From assembly GCF_000195955.2 (NCBI RefSeq), contig NC_000962.3, positions 1,680,001 through 1,712,000 on the forward strand: DNA of 32,000 nt, given 5' to 3'. Made by a program: the position numbers and the translations under genes. A model generated the notes under the pieces. It saw only the letters and a list, made by a program, of their open reading frames with translations. It had not been told where the DNA came from and did no database searches. Source of the DNA: Mycobacterium tuberculosis H37Rv (GTDB taxonomy: Bacteria; Actinomycetota; Actinomycetes; Mycobacteriales; Mycobacteriaceae). Numbering within the stretch: position 1 is the first letter of the stretch; the number at the start of each line of letters is the position of its first letter. Of this stretch, positions 10,850 to 20,228 are shown in pieces.

Positions 10850-11878
10850 ATGCGCCTCTCGATCGTAACGACTATGTACATGTCAGAGCCTTACGTGCTG
10901 GAGTTCTACAGGAGAGCGCGCGCGGCGGCGGACAAAATCACGCCTGACGTCGAGATCATCTTCGTGGATGACGGCTCGCCGGACGCAGCGCTCCAGCAGG
11001 CCGTCTCGCTGCTCGACAGCGACCCCTGTGTTCGGGTAATTCAGCTTTCGCGAAATTTCGGCCACCACAAAGCGATGATGACCGGCCTGGCGCACGCCAC
11101 GGGGGATCTCGTCTTTCTGATCGACTCAGACTTGGAAGAGGACCCGGCTCTCCTAGAGCCGTTCTATGAAAAGCTGATCTCGACGGGCGCCGACGTAGTA
11201 TTTGGTTGCCACGCGCGGCGGCCCGGCGGTTGGTTGAGGAATTTCGGACCGAAAATCCATTATCGGGCGTCCGCCCTGCTGTGTGACCCCCCGCTTCATG
11301 AAAATACTCTCACCGTGCGGCTGATGACAGCCGACTATGTACGCAGCTTGGTCCAGCACCAGGAGCGTGAACTTTCGATTGCCGGTCTGTGGCAGATTAC
11401 TGGTTTTTACCAGGTGCCCATGTCCGTAAACAAGGCATGGAAAGGAACGACCACATACACGTTTAGGCGTAAAGTAGCGACACTGGTCGACAATGTCACT
11501 TCATTTAGCAACAAACCTCTAGTCTTCATTTTCTATCTTGGTGCGGCCATTTTTATTATTTCAAGCTCGGCCGCGGGCTATCTGATCATCGATCGAATTT
11601 TCTTTCGCGCTCTGCAAGCGGGGTGGGCATCCGTGATCGTATCCATCTGGATGCTGGGGGGTGTGACGATTTTCTGCATAGGGCTGGTCGGAATTTATGT
11701 ATCCAAAGTCTTCATCGAAACTAAGCAGCGGCCATACACAATTATCCGAAGAATCTACGGTTCGGATTTAACAACCCGGGAGCCATCCTCTCTGAAGACC
11801 GCCTTCCCGGCCGCGCACCTGTCGAACGGGAAACGCGTCACATCAGAGCCAGAGGGATTGGCAACTGGCAACAGGTGA
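10850..11878 (+). CDS. GT2-family glycosyltransferase with C-terminal TM helices (polyprenyl-phosphate sugar synthase type, GtrB/ArnC/Dpm1-like)
   Basis: [14 protein letters not shown]...[11 protein letters not shown]...[11 protein letters not shown] gives the GT-A DxD/ED signatures. Two C-terminal TM segments follow ([50 protein letters not shown]). The ATG 10850 start is chosen over the longer ORF. Confidence 0.85.
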
Positions 11879-11889
11879 ATAAGCGTAGC

Positions 11890-12711
11890 ATGATTCCTGT
11901 AAAGGTTGAAAACAATACTTCGCTCGATCAGGTGCAAGACGCTCTTAATTGCGTCGGGTACGCGGTTGTAGAAGATGTGCTTGATGAGGCGTCACTGGCA
12001 GCGACCCGTGATCGCATGTATCGTGTACAGGAGCGGATTCTTACCGAGATTGGCAAAGAGCGGCTGGCAAGGGCCGGTGAGCTCGGTGTTCTTCGACTCA
12101 TGATGAAGTATGACCCTCATTTCTTTACCTTTCTTGAAATACCCGAAGTCCTAAGCATCGTTGATCGTGTGCTATCTGAAACGGCCATCTTACATCTGCA
12201 GAATGGCTTTATCCTTCCGTCCTTCCCGCCCTTCTCCACGCCGGACGTTTTTCAGAATGCGTTCCACCAAGACTTTCCCAGGGTTCTGTCCGGTTACATT
12301 GCCTCCGTCAATATTATGTTCGCCATCGATCCCTTTACACGAGACACCGGCGCAACGCTCGTAGTGCCGGGGAGCCACCAGCGCATAGAGAAACCGGACC
12401 ATACCTACCTCGCGCGCAATGCCGTTCCCGTTCAATGCGCGGCGGGCTCGTTGTTCGTTTTTGACTCTACGCTTTGGCATGCGGCTGGCCGAAACACCTC
12501 CGGCAAAGACCGCTTGGCCATAAATCATCAGTTTACGCGCTCGTTTTTCAAGCAGCAGATCGACTACGTCCGCGCGCTGGGCGACGCCGTGGTTCTGGAG
12601 CAGCCTGCGCGTACTCAGCAACTGCTCGGATGGTACAGTCGAGTGGTTACCAATCTGGACGAGTATTACCAGCCGCCGGACAAGCGATTGTATCGGAAGG
12701 GGCAAGGCTAG
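11890..12711 (+). CDS. Phytanoyl-CoA dioxygenase (PhyH) family Fe(II)/2-oxoglutarate-dependent oxygenase
   Basis: HxD facial-triad motif (AFHQDFP), distal His ([10 protein letters not shown]) and Arg ([12 protein letters not shown]). An alternative GTG start at 11875 overlaps the upstream stop (GTGA). Confidence 0.8.
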
Positions 12712-12923
12712 TTTTGCGAGAATTCCGTTGCGCCTATTTGAAAGCCCGACATGAAACGATCGCTTTTAAGCGCATATGTCTGTTCTGCAAAAATGTCTAA
12801 TTTTTCCGATAAAGGTTGGTGGGAAAGCTCGATGCGTGCCGTGTTTTGTAGGTGGCCGGATGATCCACTTAGACAGGCCGTGGAAGCAGAATTTGCGCGT
12901 CCCGATGGCGTTGCGGTGGCGTA

Positions 12924-13823
12924 ATGGCCTGGCGAAAGCTCGGGAGAATTTTTGCTCCGTCGGGCGAACTCGACTGGTCGCGAAGTCATGCTGCGCTACC
13001 GGTTCCTGAATGGATCGAGGGTGATATTTTCCGCATCTATTTCAGCGGCCGCGATGGTCAGAATCGTTCCAGTATCGGTAGCGTGATCGTCGATCTCGCC
13101 GTGGGCGGCAAGATTCTGGACATTCCGGCGGAGCCGATTTTGCGCCCCGGCGCTCGAGGAATGTTTGACGACTGTGGGGTGTCAATCGGATCGATTGTGC
13201 GTGCCGGCGATACGCGACTTTTGTACTACACGGGCTGGAATCTCGCTGTCACCGTGCCCTGGAAAAACACCATAGGCGTGGCGATTAGCGAAGCAGGTGC
13301 ACCATTCGAGCGATGGTCTACTTTTCCCGTCGTTGCGCTGGACGAGCGTGATCCATTCTCGCTTTCTTATCCCTGGGTCATCCAAGATGGAGGGACATAC
13401 CGTATGTGGTATGGCTCAAATCTAGGCTGGGGAGAGGGCACCGACGAGATACCTCACGTGATCAGGTATGCGCAATCAAGGGACGGTGTCCACTGGGAAA
13501 AGCAGGATCGCGTGCATATCGACACAAGCGGATCCGACAATAGCGCGGCCTGTAGGCCGTACGTCGTCCGCGATGCGGGAGTATACAGAATGTGGTTTTG
13601 CGCTCGCGGTGCGAAATATCGGATTTACTGCGCTACATCGGAGGATGGTTTGACTTGGCGGCAACTCGGCAAAGATGAGGGCATCGACGTTTCGCCAGAT
13701 AGCTGGGACTCGGATATGATCGAGTATCCTTGCGTGTTCGATCACAGGGGACAGCGCTTTATGCTTTATTCGGGCGATGGCTACGGTCGCACCGGGTTCG
13801 GTTTGGCGGTGCTGGAGAACTGA
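12924..13823 (+). CDS. Hypothetical protein, beta-propeller glycosidase-like (GH32/43/130-like fold) with Asp-box motifs
   Basis: 299 aa. Two S-x-D-G-x-x-W Asp-box motifs (SRDGVHWE, SEDGLTWR) and the repeated blade-like motif YRMW[YF] recur at roughly 60-aa spacing. Family assignment is tentative. Confidence 0.65.
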   Translation: MAWRKLGRIFAPSGELDWSRSHAALPVPEWIEGDIFRIYFSGRDGQNRSSIGSVIVDLAVGGKILDIPAEPILRPGARGMFDDCGVSIGSIVRAGDTRLLYYTGWNLAVTVPWKNTIGVAISEAGAPFERWSTFPVVALDERDPFSLSYPWVIQDGGTYRMWYGSNLGWGEGTDEIPHVIRYAQSRDGVHWEKQDRVHIDTSGSDNSAACRPYVVRDAGVYRMWFCARGAKYRIYCATSEDGLTWRQLGKDEGIDVSPDSWDSDMIEYPCVFDHRGQRFMLYSGDGYGRTGFGLAVLEN

Positions 13824-13995
13824 TCAGGGCTGACAATAGATGTTTAGCGGCTGATGATGCGCTTCCCGCTCGAATAGGCTGAGACCATTATTGCCGCGGT
13901 AGCGATGATTTCCCGGATTATCGTCGTCGCCGCGATCACTCACTGCTCGTCGAGGCCCTTTAAGGGCTTCATTGTATCCTTCGCACTGCTTATCT

Positions 13996-14544
13996 TCATG
14001 CGCGCAACGTCAGGATGCGCGTGAGCGCCTCGACAACGCGGCTCTGATCTACCTCCTGAAGTCCAACCCACATCGGCAGACGGATTAGGCGGGAAGCCAC
14101 GTCGTTGGTGACGGTCAGGTTGCCATTGGTGCGGCCGTAGCGACGCCCGGCCGGCGAATCGTGAAGCGGCACGTAATGAAAGACCGCGCCTATACCTTCG
14201 CTCGTCAGACGCGCCAGCACCTCCTCCCGATCGGCGCTGGGCGCTAGTAACACGTAGTACATGTGGGCGTTGTGAGAGCAGCCCTGTGGGATGATCGGAC
14301 GGCGCAGGAGCCCCCGCTGTTCCAATGATTCGAAGCTTTCATGATACCGGTTCCATAGGTCCAATCGGATACGCGTGATCCGCTCGGCTTCCTCGAACTG
14401 AGCCCATAGAAAGGCAGCGACTAATTCGCTGGGCAAATAGGAAGACCCTTTGTCCTGCCACGTATATTTGTCGACCTCGTTGCGAAGGAAGCGGCTGCGA
14501 TTGGTGCCCTTTTCCCTGAGAATCTCTGCCCGGAGCAGGAAGTC
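13996..14544 (-). CDS. C-terminal fragment of a split WecE/DegT-type sugar 4-aminotransferase (TDP-4-oxo-6-deoxy-D-glucose transaminase-like)
   Basis: Same reading frame as the upstream fragment, starting right after TAA 14545-14547. Reads DFLLRAEILREKGTNRSRFLRNEVDKYTWQDKGSSYLPSELVAAFLWAQFEEAERI, colinear with E. coli WecE. The first canonical start in frame is only TTG at 14436. Confidence 0.8.
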   Translation of the reverse strand, partial: DFLLRAEILREKGTNRSRFLRNEVDKYTWQDKGSSYLPSELVAAFLWAQFEEAERITRIRLDLWNRYHESFESLEQRGLLRRPIIPQGCSHNAHMYYVLLAPSADREEVLARLTSEGIGAVFHYVPLHDSPAGRRYGRTNGNLTVTNDVASRLIRLPMWVGLQEVDQSRVVEALTRILTLRA

Positions 14545-15144
14545 TTATGAGTTGACAAGCAGGGCGCCGCCTTCGCCGGAAATCACATTCTTGGTCTCGT
14601 GAAATGAGAGCGCTCCCAGGTCGCCGATGCTGCCGAGCGCCCGCCCACGATACGACGCCATCGCGCCTTGGGCCGCGTCTTCGACCACCGCCAGGTTGTG
14701 GTGCGTGGCGATCTTCATGATCGCGTCCATCTCGCAGGCCACGCCGGCATAGTGAACGGGGACGATGGCCTTGGTTCGCGGGGTGATGGCGTCTACGATG
14801 CGAGTTTCATCAATGTTGAGCGTGTCGGGCCGAATATCGACAAAGACTGGCACACCACCGCGCAACACGAAGGCGTTGGCGGTAGAGACAAAGGTGTATG
14901 ACGGCAGTATGACTTCGTCCCCCTCCTCTATGTCCAGAAGCAGCGCCATCATTTCCAGCGCGGCGGTGCATGAGGGGGTGAGTAGTGCCTTGCGACAACC
15001 GGTCTGCTGTTCGAGCCATGCATGGCTACGCCGGGTGAAGGGACCATCGCCGGCCAGGTGGCCGCAAGAATGCGCTTCGGCGATGTACGCGAGCTCCCGG
15101 CCGGTCATGTACGGCCGATTGAATGGAACTTTGTGATCTGACAC
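14545..15144 (-). CDS. N-terminal fragment of the same split WecE/DegT-type aminotransferase (carries the PLP-lysine)
   Basis: VPFNRPYMTGRELAYIAEA... matches the WecE N-terminus (IPFNAPPVVGTELDYM). The PLP-binding motif is SFHETKN. Ends ...GEGGALLVNS then TAA. GTG 15144 start; the longest ORF reaches 15162. Confidence 0.8.
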   Translation of the reverse strand: MSDHKVPFNRPYMTGRELAYIAEAHSCGHLAGDGPFTRRSHAWLEQQTGCRKALLTPSCTAALEMMALLLDIEEGDEVILPSYTFVSTANAFVLRGGVPVFVDIRPDTLNIDETRIVDAITPRTKAIVPVHYAGVACEMDAIMKIATHHNLAVVEDAAQGAMASYRGRALGSIGDLGALSFHETKNVISGEGGALLVNS

Positions 15145-15280
15145 TCGACGCCAACTTCTCAAATCATCGAACAGGGCGCTGAAGTGTTCGGTGATCGGGG
15201 TCGAACATCCACCAGAATTCTCCTTGTGGCCGGCGGATCCCTAGCCTTTTCAGGTATCCCAACATGCCTTCACTATTTCT

Positions 15281-15946
15281 TCATATCTTCCGCAACTCCG
15301 TGCTGGGCACCGGACGGCGCTCCGTCTTGGTTCCTATATAGACACCATCCGCGTCAGCGTCGCCAAGGAGTAGGGCGCCCGCTCCGACCACACACCGTGA
15401 ACCGATGGTGATATGGTCGCGTAGCGTTGCATTGACGCCAATGAAAGATTGCTCCTCTATTACCACGCCACCGGATACGACGATATGAGACGCTAGAAAA
15501 CAGTGATCGTGAATCGTCGAGTGATGGCCGATATGATTGCCGCTCCACAATGTGACGTTGTTGCCAATCGATACGAATGGCTGGATAGTGTTGTCTTCAA
15601 GCAGGAAGACATTTTCACCGATCCGCCCATCGTTCAAGACGGTAGCGTGGGAGCTCACATAGCTGGCGAGTTCGTAGCCGAGAGCCTTAGCGGCAAGATA
15701 TTTTTCCTTCCGCACACCGTTCAGTTTGGCGTAGGCCAGCGCCACGAACATCGCGTGGGACTCCGGCGGAAAGCGTTGTGCGACCTCGTCGAAGGCCACT
15801 AAAGGCAGGCCGCAAAACTCGGACACGCTTGCATAGTCTCGGTCGACTGTGAACGCGACGACCTCATATTCCGAATCCCTTGTGAAGTAGTAATGTGCGA
15901 GCTGAGCGATGTCGCCGCTCCCAAAAATTACCAATGGTTTGGTCAT
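15281..15946 (-). CDS. NeuD/PglD/VioB-family sugar N-acetyltransferase (left-handed beta-helix, hexapeptide repeats)
   Basis: N-terminal Rossmann-like KPLVIFGSGDIAQLAHYY is followed by hexapeptide repeats (IGNNVTLWSGNHIGHHSTIHDHCFLASHIVVSGGVVIEEQSFIGVNATL). The ATG overlaps the upstream gene stop (ATGA). Confidence 0.85.
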   Translation of the reverse strand: MTKPLVIFGSGDIAQLAHYYFTRDSEYEVVAFTVDRDYASVSEFCGLPLVAFDEVAQRFPPESHAMFVALAYAKLNGVRKEKYLAAKALGYELASYVSSHATVLNDGRIGENVFLLEDNTIQPFVSIGNNVTLWSGNHIGHHSTIHDHCFLASHIVVSGGVVIEEQSFIGVNATLRDHITIGSRCVVGAGALLLGDADADGVYIGTKTERRPVPSTELRKI

Positions 15947-16461
15947 GACGCCTTCCTAACCAGAATTGTGAATTCATACAAGCCGTAGTCGTGCAGAAGC
16001 GCAACACTCTTGGAGTACCTGCGCTTGCAGAGATCAAATAGGGCGCATGGGTCAGCATAGTACAGGTCGTCGCGCATCTTTGATGCATCGGAATAAGATG
16101 TCAGGCAATTAAAAGAGAAGCCACGGCGACTCGCGGCATTCAGCATGTCGAGCGTCGCTTCGATGTGAGCGCACCATTCCGTGTCCAACGATTTCAGACG
16201 AACATTGAATATTCCACTCGCGACGCTATAGTCCGCCTCCCGATCTATGCGCGCCGCGCAGATGAAGTCTGCGTTCGCCCGACCTTCGAAACGTAGTGCG
16301 GCCGCGCGCACCATTTCGGGGGAGACGTCGATGCCGGTGTAATCAGTTTTGAAGCCACGCGCATCTAGGTAGTCCAGTAGAGCCCCATAGCCACAGCCTA
16401 GATCGTTGATCGAAAATGGGTCCGCCGCATTGACAATGCGCACCAGCTGGTCAAAGCGCAA
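15943..16461 (-). CDS. Class I SAM-dependent methyltransferase, 5' end apparently frameshifted (ancestral start probably ATG at 16574)
   Basis: Motif I INDLGCGYGALLDYL lies about 20 aa from the ORF start. An upstream out-of-frame ATG ORF encodes MAEDATTMLADVARYYASKLEAHGT, which continues naturally into RGVDWNGEAGQALRFDQL of this frame. Confidence 0.75.
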   Translation of the reverse strand: MRFDQLVRIVNAADPFSINDLGCGYGALLDYLDARGFKTDYTGIDVSPEMVRAAALRFEGRANADFICAARIDREADYSVASGIFNVRLKSLDTEWCAHIEATLDMLNAASRRGFSFNCLTSYSDASKMRDDLYYADPCALFDLCKRRYSKSVALLHDYGLYEFTILVRKAS

Positions 16462-16726
16462 CGCCTGCCCGGCTTCGCCGTTCCAATCGACGCCGCGCGG
16501 GTGCCGTGTGCTTCGAGTTTCGATGCGTAGTAACGGGCCACGTCAGCGAGCATGGTCGTTGCGTCTTCCGCCATGAAGCTGCCTCACGATTTGTGTGTGT
16601 GGGCGTCGGTGCGTGGGTCCGAGACTATACCTTCAACAGTTGCATGCCGAGGCTGCGGCGGGCAATGACCCAAAAACCCGCCGGCACGGTTCGCCGAGCA
16701 AGGAAGCGTGGAGACGATAGATAATT

Positions 16727-17422
16727 TCACTGGCGACAGTACCTCAAATAGTCCGGAGCCTCGGCTCCGACGTTAAAGAGCAGATCCAGAATCGACACGG
16801 CGGGCTCGAACCCTCCCCACAATTGCTTATAATCGCGGTAGCCGTCATAATCGAACCAAGTTACCCGGATGCTAAGTTCGTCGAACACGCGCTCATCGAC
16901 ATACGAACGGGCTGAGGGGCCAGAGACATATTCGGTCGCTGCGGCCTGTTGGCAGAGGTTGGCCAGTCTCTCGGTCTTGCCGTCGGCTAATTCGTAGTCC
17001 CACGAATTTGCCAGTCGCGTGCTGATACCGAGATAACTGCAAATCGCATTCAATAGACGCCTGTTGAGTAAGGAAAGATTCGTGTGCTGTTCTTCGAGGT
17101 AAATCGGCGCGAGCCAGTCAGCGATCTCCGCAAAATGAGCGGCCGCGCTGTAGTTGAATTCTAGTGCCCGCCAGTGCGCTTTCGCCCAATCGGTGCCGTC
17201 GATCAGCGTCTCACGTATCTTTTGATGGAAACGTCCCTTCACCTGGACGGGAACAGTTATCCACTGTAACCCCTGGCTCGTTTTGATCCGATTTCTGTTT
17301 CGCCAATCACGCTTGGTATATTGCATGTCATCATAGATGATGAATTCATCGACGAATGCAATCAGGTCAAAATATCCTCGCCAAGGTATGTAATTTGATT
17401 GAACAATCGCGACTTTCTTCAA
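16727..17422 (-). CDS. WbqC-family protein (polysaccharide/O-antigen cluster associated, function unknown)
   Basis: 231 aa. [46 protein letters not shown] is the characteristic WbqC N-terminal signature. TTG start. AT-richer codon usage than the flanks. Confidence 0.85.
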
Positions 17423-17859
17423 CGCGGTGTCTCCAATTTAGAATAACAAATACGTCGCGCCCGCGACAGCTCCGCTGGAGCGAGTTCAAGCGATTCTGCG
17501 ACATATTCAATATGGTGCTCGGGAAGGCCAGGATGGGCCGCGACCCGGGGCGTCCGGTGCGCGATGAACGTCGCATCGTCTCCTGTGAGATAATTGCATC
17601 CGATCATATAGGGCTGGCTGCGGCTAGGTTGCTGGCAAAAAGATATCGCGGCCGATCCGTTTCTGGTTTTGTCTTGATGATCAAATCCGCTTCCGTTCAC
17701 GAGATCGATTCCTGGTCTTCCCCCAGCGTCGCGATGTCGATAGGTGTCGCGCTTTGTTCGTACCCGCACTACGCGGCGGCGAGAACCTCGCCACCGAATC
17801 GGGATTGGGGGGAGGATACCACTCGGTCGAGGCCCGTCACCGGCCTTCTAGCGGGTTGA
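17356..17859 (+). CDS. Hypothetical ORF (Rv1507A-like), weakly supported
   Basis: It is the longest ORF in this gap (167 aa), with no recognisable motif. Its 5' end is antisense to the first 67 nt of the WbqC gene. A competing minus-strand ORF (17419-17769) ends in a TTGA overlap with the WbqC start. Confidence 0.3.
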
Positions 17860-18094
17860 CCATCAGTGTTTGCAGGGCCCTATCCCGGTATGGCGCACCA
17901 CGGGATCGGCAGCGTTCCGGTTGCTGGCGTGGTACCTCGTTGTGGCGCCGTGGTCCATGTCGATTGAGTGCGTGGATCAGTGTAAACCGTTGCGCGCCAT
18001 GTTCTGTAGGCACTGGTTCGGGTTGTGGTTAGGCTGCACGGTTGGCAGGTTACCAACCACTGAGCCCCTGGGCGGATGTGAGCTCGGACTCCGC

Positions 18095-19654
18095 CTATGG
18101 GGTGTAATTTTGGCAGATTGGGCCGGGTCCCCGTGGTGAGGACTCCTCAACCGGATTGGGTAAGCATGAGGTGGTGCTGGCAGCGGTGTCCTGGTCGCTC
18201 TCCCGAGTAGGCCCGTTGTGACTGTCATGTGGGCGAGCGGGTTTGCGCGCGTAGGAGACGATGATTACTACGCACGTGACCAACCACAAGAACGGTGCCC
18301 ATGTCACCGTGGTGAAAACGAGTGGCGTGGTACCGACTACCCCTTTGGCTCCCAGCTGTCCATAGAGCGGCACGTAGAACGGCTGGCCCGGGACCGCGAC
18401 GTTGACGATGCTCAGCGCCACGGCCAAACTCACGCAGACGCCGACCGCGCGGCGGCGGTCTCCATGGGCTGCGAGTTGGTCGAATATCCCAGCACCAGGA
18501 GGCCCGTTGGGGTCTCGGGCTACCAGTGCAGCGATTGGCAAGACGAAAACGAGATAGTAGAAGGCGACGTCCGCGGGGGAGAAGGTGGCGGTGGCGAGCA
18601 ACACAATCCCCACCATGACAGGCGGGATACGGCGTCCGAGCGCCAGCACGGCGACCACGACTATGACTAGGACAGCAAACCCGATCTGCGTTCGCGGACC
18701 AGTGAGGAAACCCTCTGGGATCTTGCCCGATTGATAGTTCTTGATGCTATCGGGGATCAGCAGGAGTGCCTTGCCAAAGGACACGTTCCGCGGGTCTCGA
18801 AGCCCTCCGAACGAACTATTGAACTTGATGATGCCGTGGATCGACTGTGCGATCGTCCCCGGGAAGCCTCGTGGCCACAACAGAAAGGCTGCGATATTGG
18901 ACACCACCACGCCGGTGATCCCGATACCAGCCCACCGCCATTGTCGAGCCGCCAACAACACCACGCCGAGAACGACGAACTGCGGCTTTACCAGGACGGC
19001 CAAGATCACCGTGATGGTGGCGAGGCCCCACCGCTGTCGGGACAACGCCACGAAGTAAGCCAGCGCGATCGGTACCACGAACCCTGTCGAGTTGCCTCGA
19101 TCGATGACCCCCCACGCCGGGATGGCCGCGGCGCCCAGTGTCACGAAGATGACCACTCGCTCCAGACCACGTGCCCCCCGGGCCGCCCAGATGGCGGGAG
19201 ATATGACCGCCATCGTTAGGGCGACCAGGTAACAGATCAGCCCCAAGCGCGGCGCACCCAGCCAATGGCTGGGTAGTCCGAAAATCGCATACGGTATGCG
19301 GGCGGGGGCCCATGCAGCAACCGCGGTCGGCTGGTAATCGGCGGGTAGCGAGATCAGGTAGTCCGCGGGATTGGGTTGAATCCCGGCGGCGGCGACCATG
19401 GCGTAGTCGCTGAAGCAGTGCCGACCGATATTCATGCCCCAATCAAGCCAACAGTCCCCAGGGACTACCAAAAGAGTGGAAAAGACGTCGACCGCGTACC
19501 ACTGACTGAGGGCGTACGCCGTCGCCGCCGAAATCACCGACGCCAGCAGGATGGTGCCGAGCATGAGGGTGCGCTCGGATTGGGAGCCGATCGCCCAGAG
19601 CCGCTCCCGGCTCGCGGTCACGGCACCGCGCAACACCTCCGGGGGTCGCTTCAT
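18095..19654 (-). CDS. Polytopic membrane protein, possibly a GT-C type (DUF2029/GT87-like) glycosyltransferase
   Basis: More than 10 predicted TM helices across about 520 aa. ATG 19654 is preceded by GAGGAG with 7-nt spacing. The longest ORF runs to 19894, but its first 80 codons are antisense to a duplicated gmdA 5' region. Family call is tentative. Confidence 0.7.
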   Translation of the reverse strand: MKRPPEVLRGAVTASRERLWAIGSQSERTLMLGTILLASVISAATAYALSQWYAVDVFSTLLVVPGDCWLDWGMNIGRHCFSDYAMVAAAGIQPNPADYLISLPADYQPTAVAAWAPARIPYAIFGLPSHWLGAPRLGLICYLVALTMAVISPAIWAARGARGLERVVIFVTLGAAAIPAWGVIDRGNSTGFVVPIALAYFVALSRQRWGLATITVILAVLVKPQFVVLGVVLLAARQWRWAGIGITGVVVSNIAAFLLWPRGFPGTIAQSIHGIIKFNSSFGGLRDPRNVSFGKALLLIPDSIKNYQSGKIPEGFLTGPRTQIGFAVLVIVVVAVLALGRRIPPVMVGIVLLATATFSPADVAFYYLVFVLPIAALVARDPNGPPGAGIFDQLAAHGDRRRAVGVCVSLAVALSIVNVAVPGQPFYVPLYGQLGAKGVVGTTPLVFTTVTWAPFLWLVTCVVIIVSYARKPARPHDSHNGPTRESDQDTAASTTSCLPNPVEESSPRGPGPICQNYTP

Positions 19655-20077
19655 CTGGATTCTCCTCGGTTCTGCGCGAAACGGTAGCAGAGCGCCATGG
19701 TTGCCAACGCGGTCGCCGGGCAGTCTAGACCGGATCTTCCTCGTGGCAACCGACAACAGGACGTCGTTGCCGAAAGGGCGCTGGGCACCGACATCTAGGA
19801 TGAACCCACAGCCACGCCCCGACGTTATGCCATGGCGAAGAGCGACCGGCAGGAGCGGGAACCCAGTGAAGCGAGCGCTCATCACCGGAATCACAGGACC
19901 GGACGGCTCGTATCTCGCTAAGCTCCCGCTGAAGGGATATGTGGCCGCTGGTAGCCCGGCCGAGGTCTATTTCTGCTGGGCGACACGGAATTATCGCGAA
20001 TTGTATGGGTTGCTCGCGGTCAACAGCATCTGGTTCAATCACGAATCACCGCGTCACGGCGAGACATTCATGACTCG
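19641..20077 (+). repeat. Degenerate direct-repeat copy A of the gmdA upstream region plus 5' coding region (internally deleted)
   Basis: Aligns by eye with 22850-23657. Shared strings include gggggtcgc...tggattctcctc...cgcgaaacgg, gtgaagcgagcgctcatcaccggaatcac, gacggctcgtatctcgc, tgggcgac.cg.aattatcgcgaa and ttcaatcacgaatcaccgcg. Confidence 0.85.
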
Positions 20078-20228
20078 TAATCCTGCACCATATCGCGGTC
20101 GGCAACGAGGCGCTGATCGATGCGCAGACGCTGATGCGCCGGCCCACCCGGATAGGTATCAGTATTGGGGCGTTCCGGCCAGCGTACGAGGCGTGATCGA
20201 CCGCGCAATGGGTGTTTGCGTTGAGTAA
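19866..20228 (+). pseudogene. Truncated, internally deleted GDP-mannose 4,6-dehydratase paralog (gmd remnant; Rv1508A-like ORF)
   Basis: Translation [25 protein letters not shown] / [40 protein letters not shown] matches GmdA residues about 1-27, joined directly to about 163-202. Roughly 390 nt of the gene body is missing. Similarity is lost after about 20077. Confidence 0.85.

Noticed and set aside
13960-13980. Imperfect hairpin gaggccctttaagggcttc between the convergent beta-propeller and aminotransferase genes
   Set aside because: Only 4-6 bp can pair once a minimal loop is allowed, with mismatches in the outer stem. The evidence is weak.
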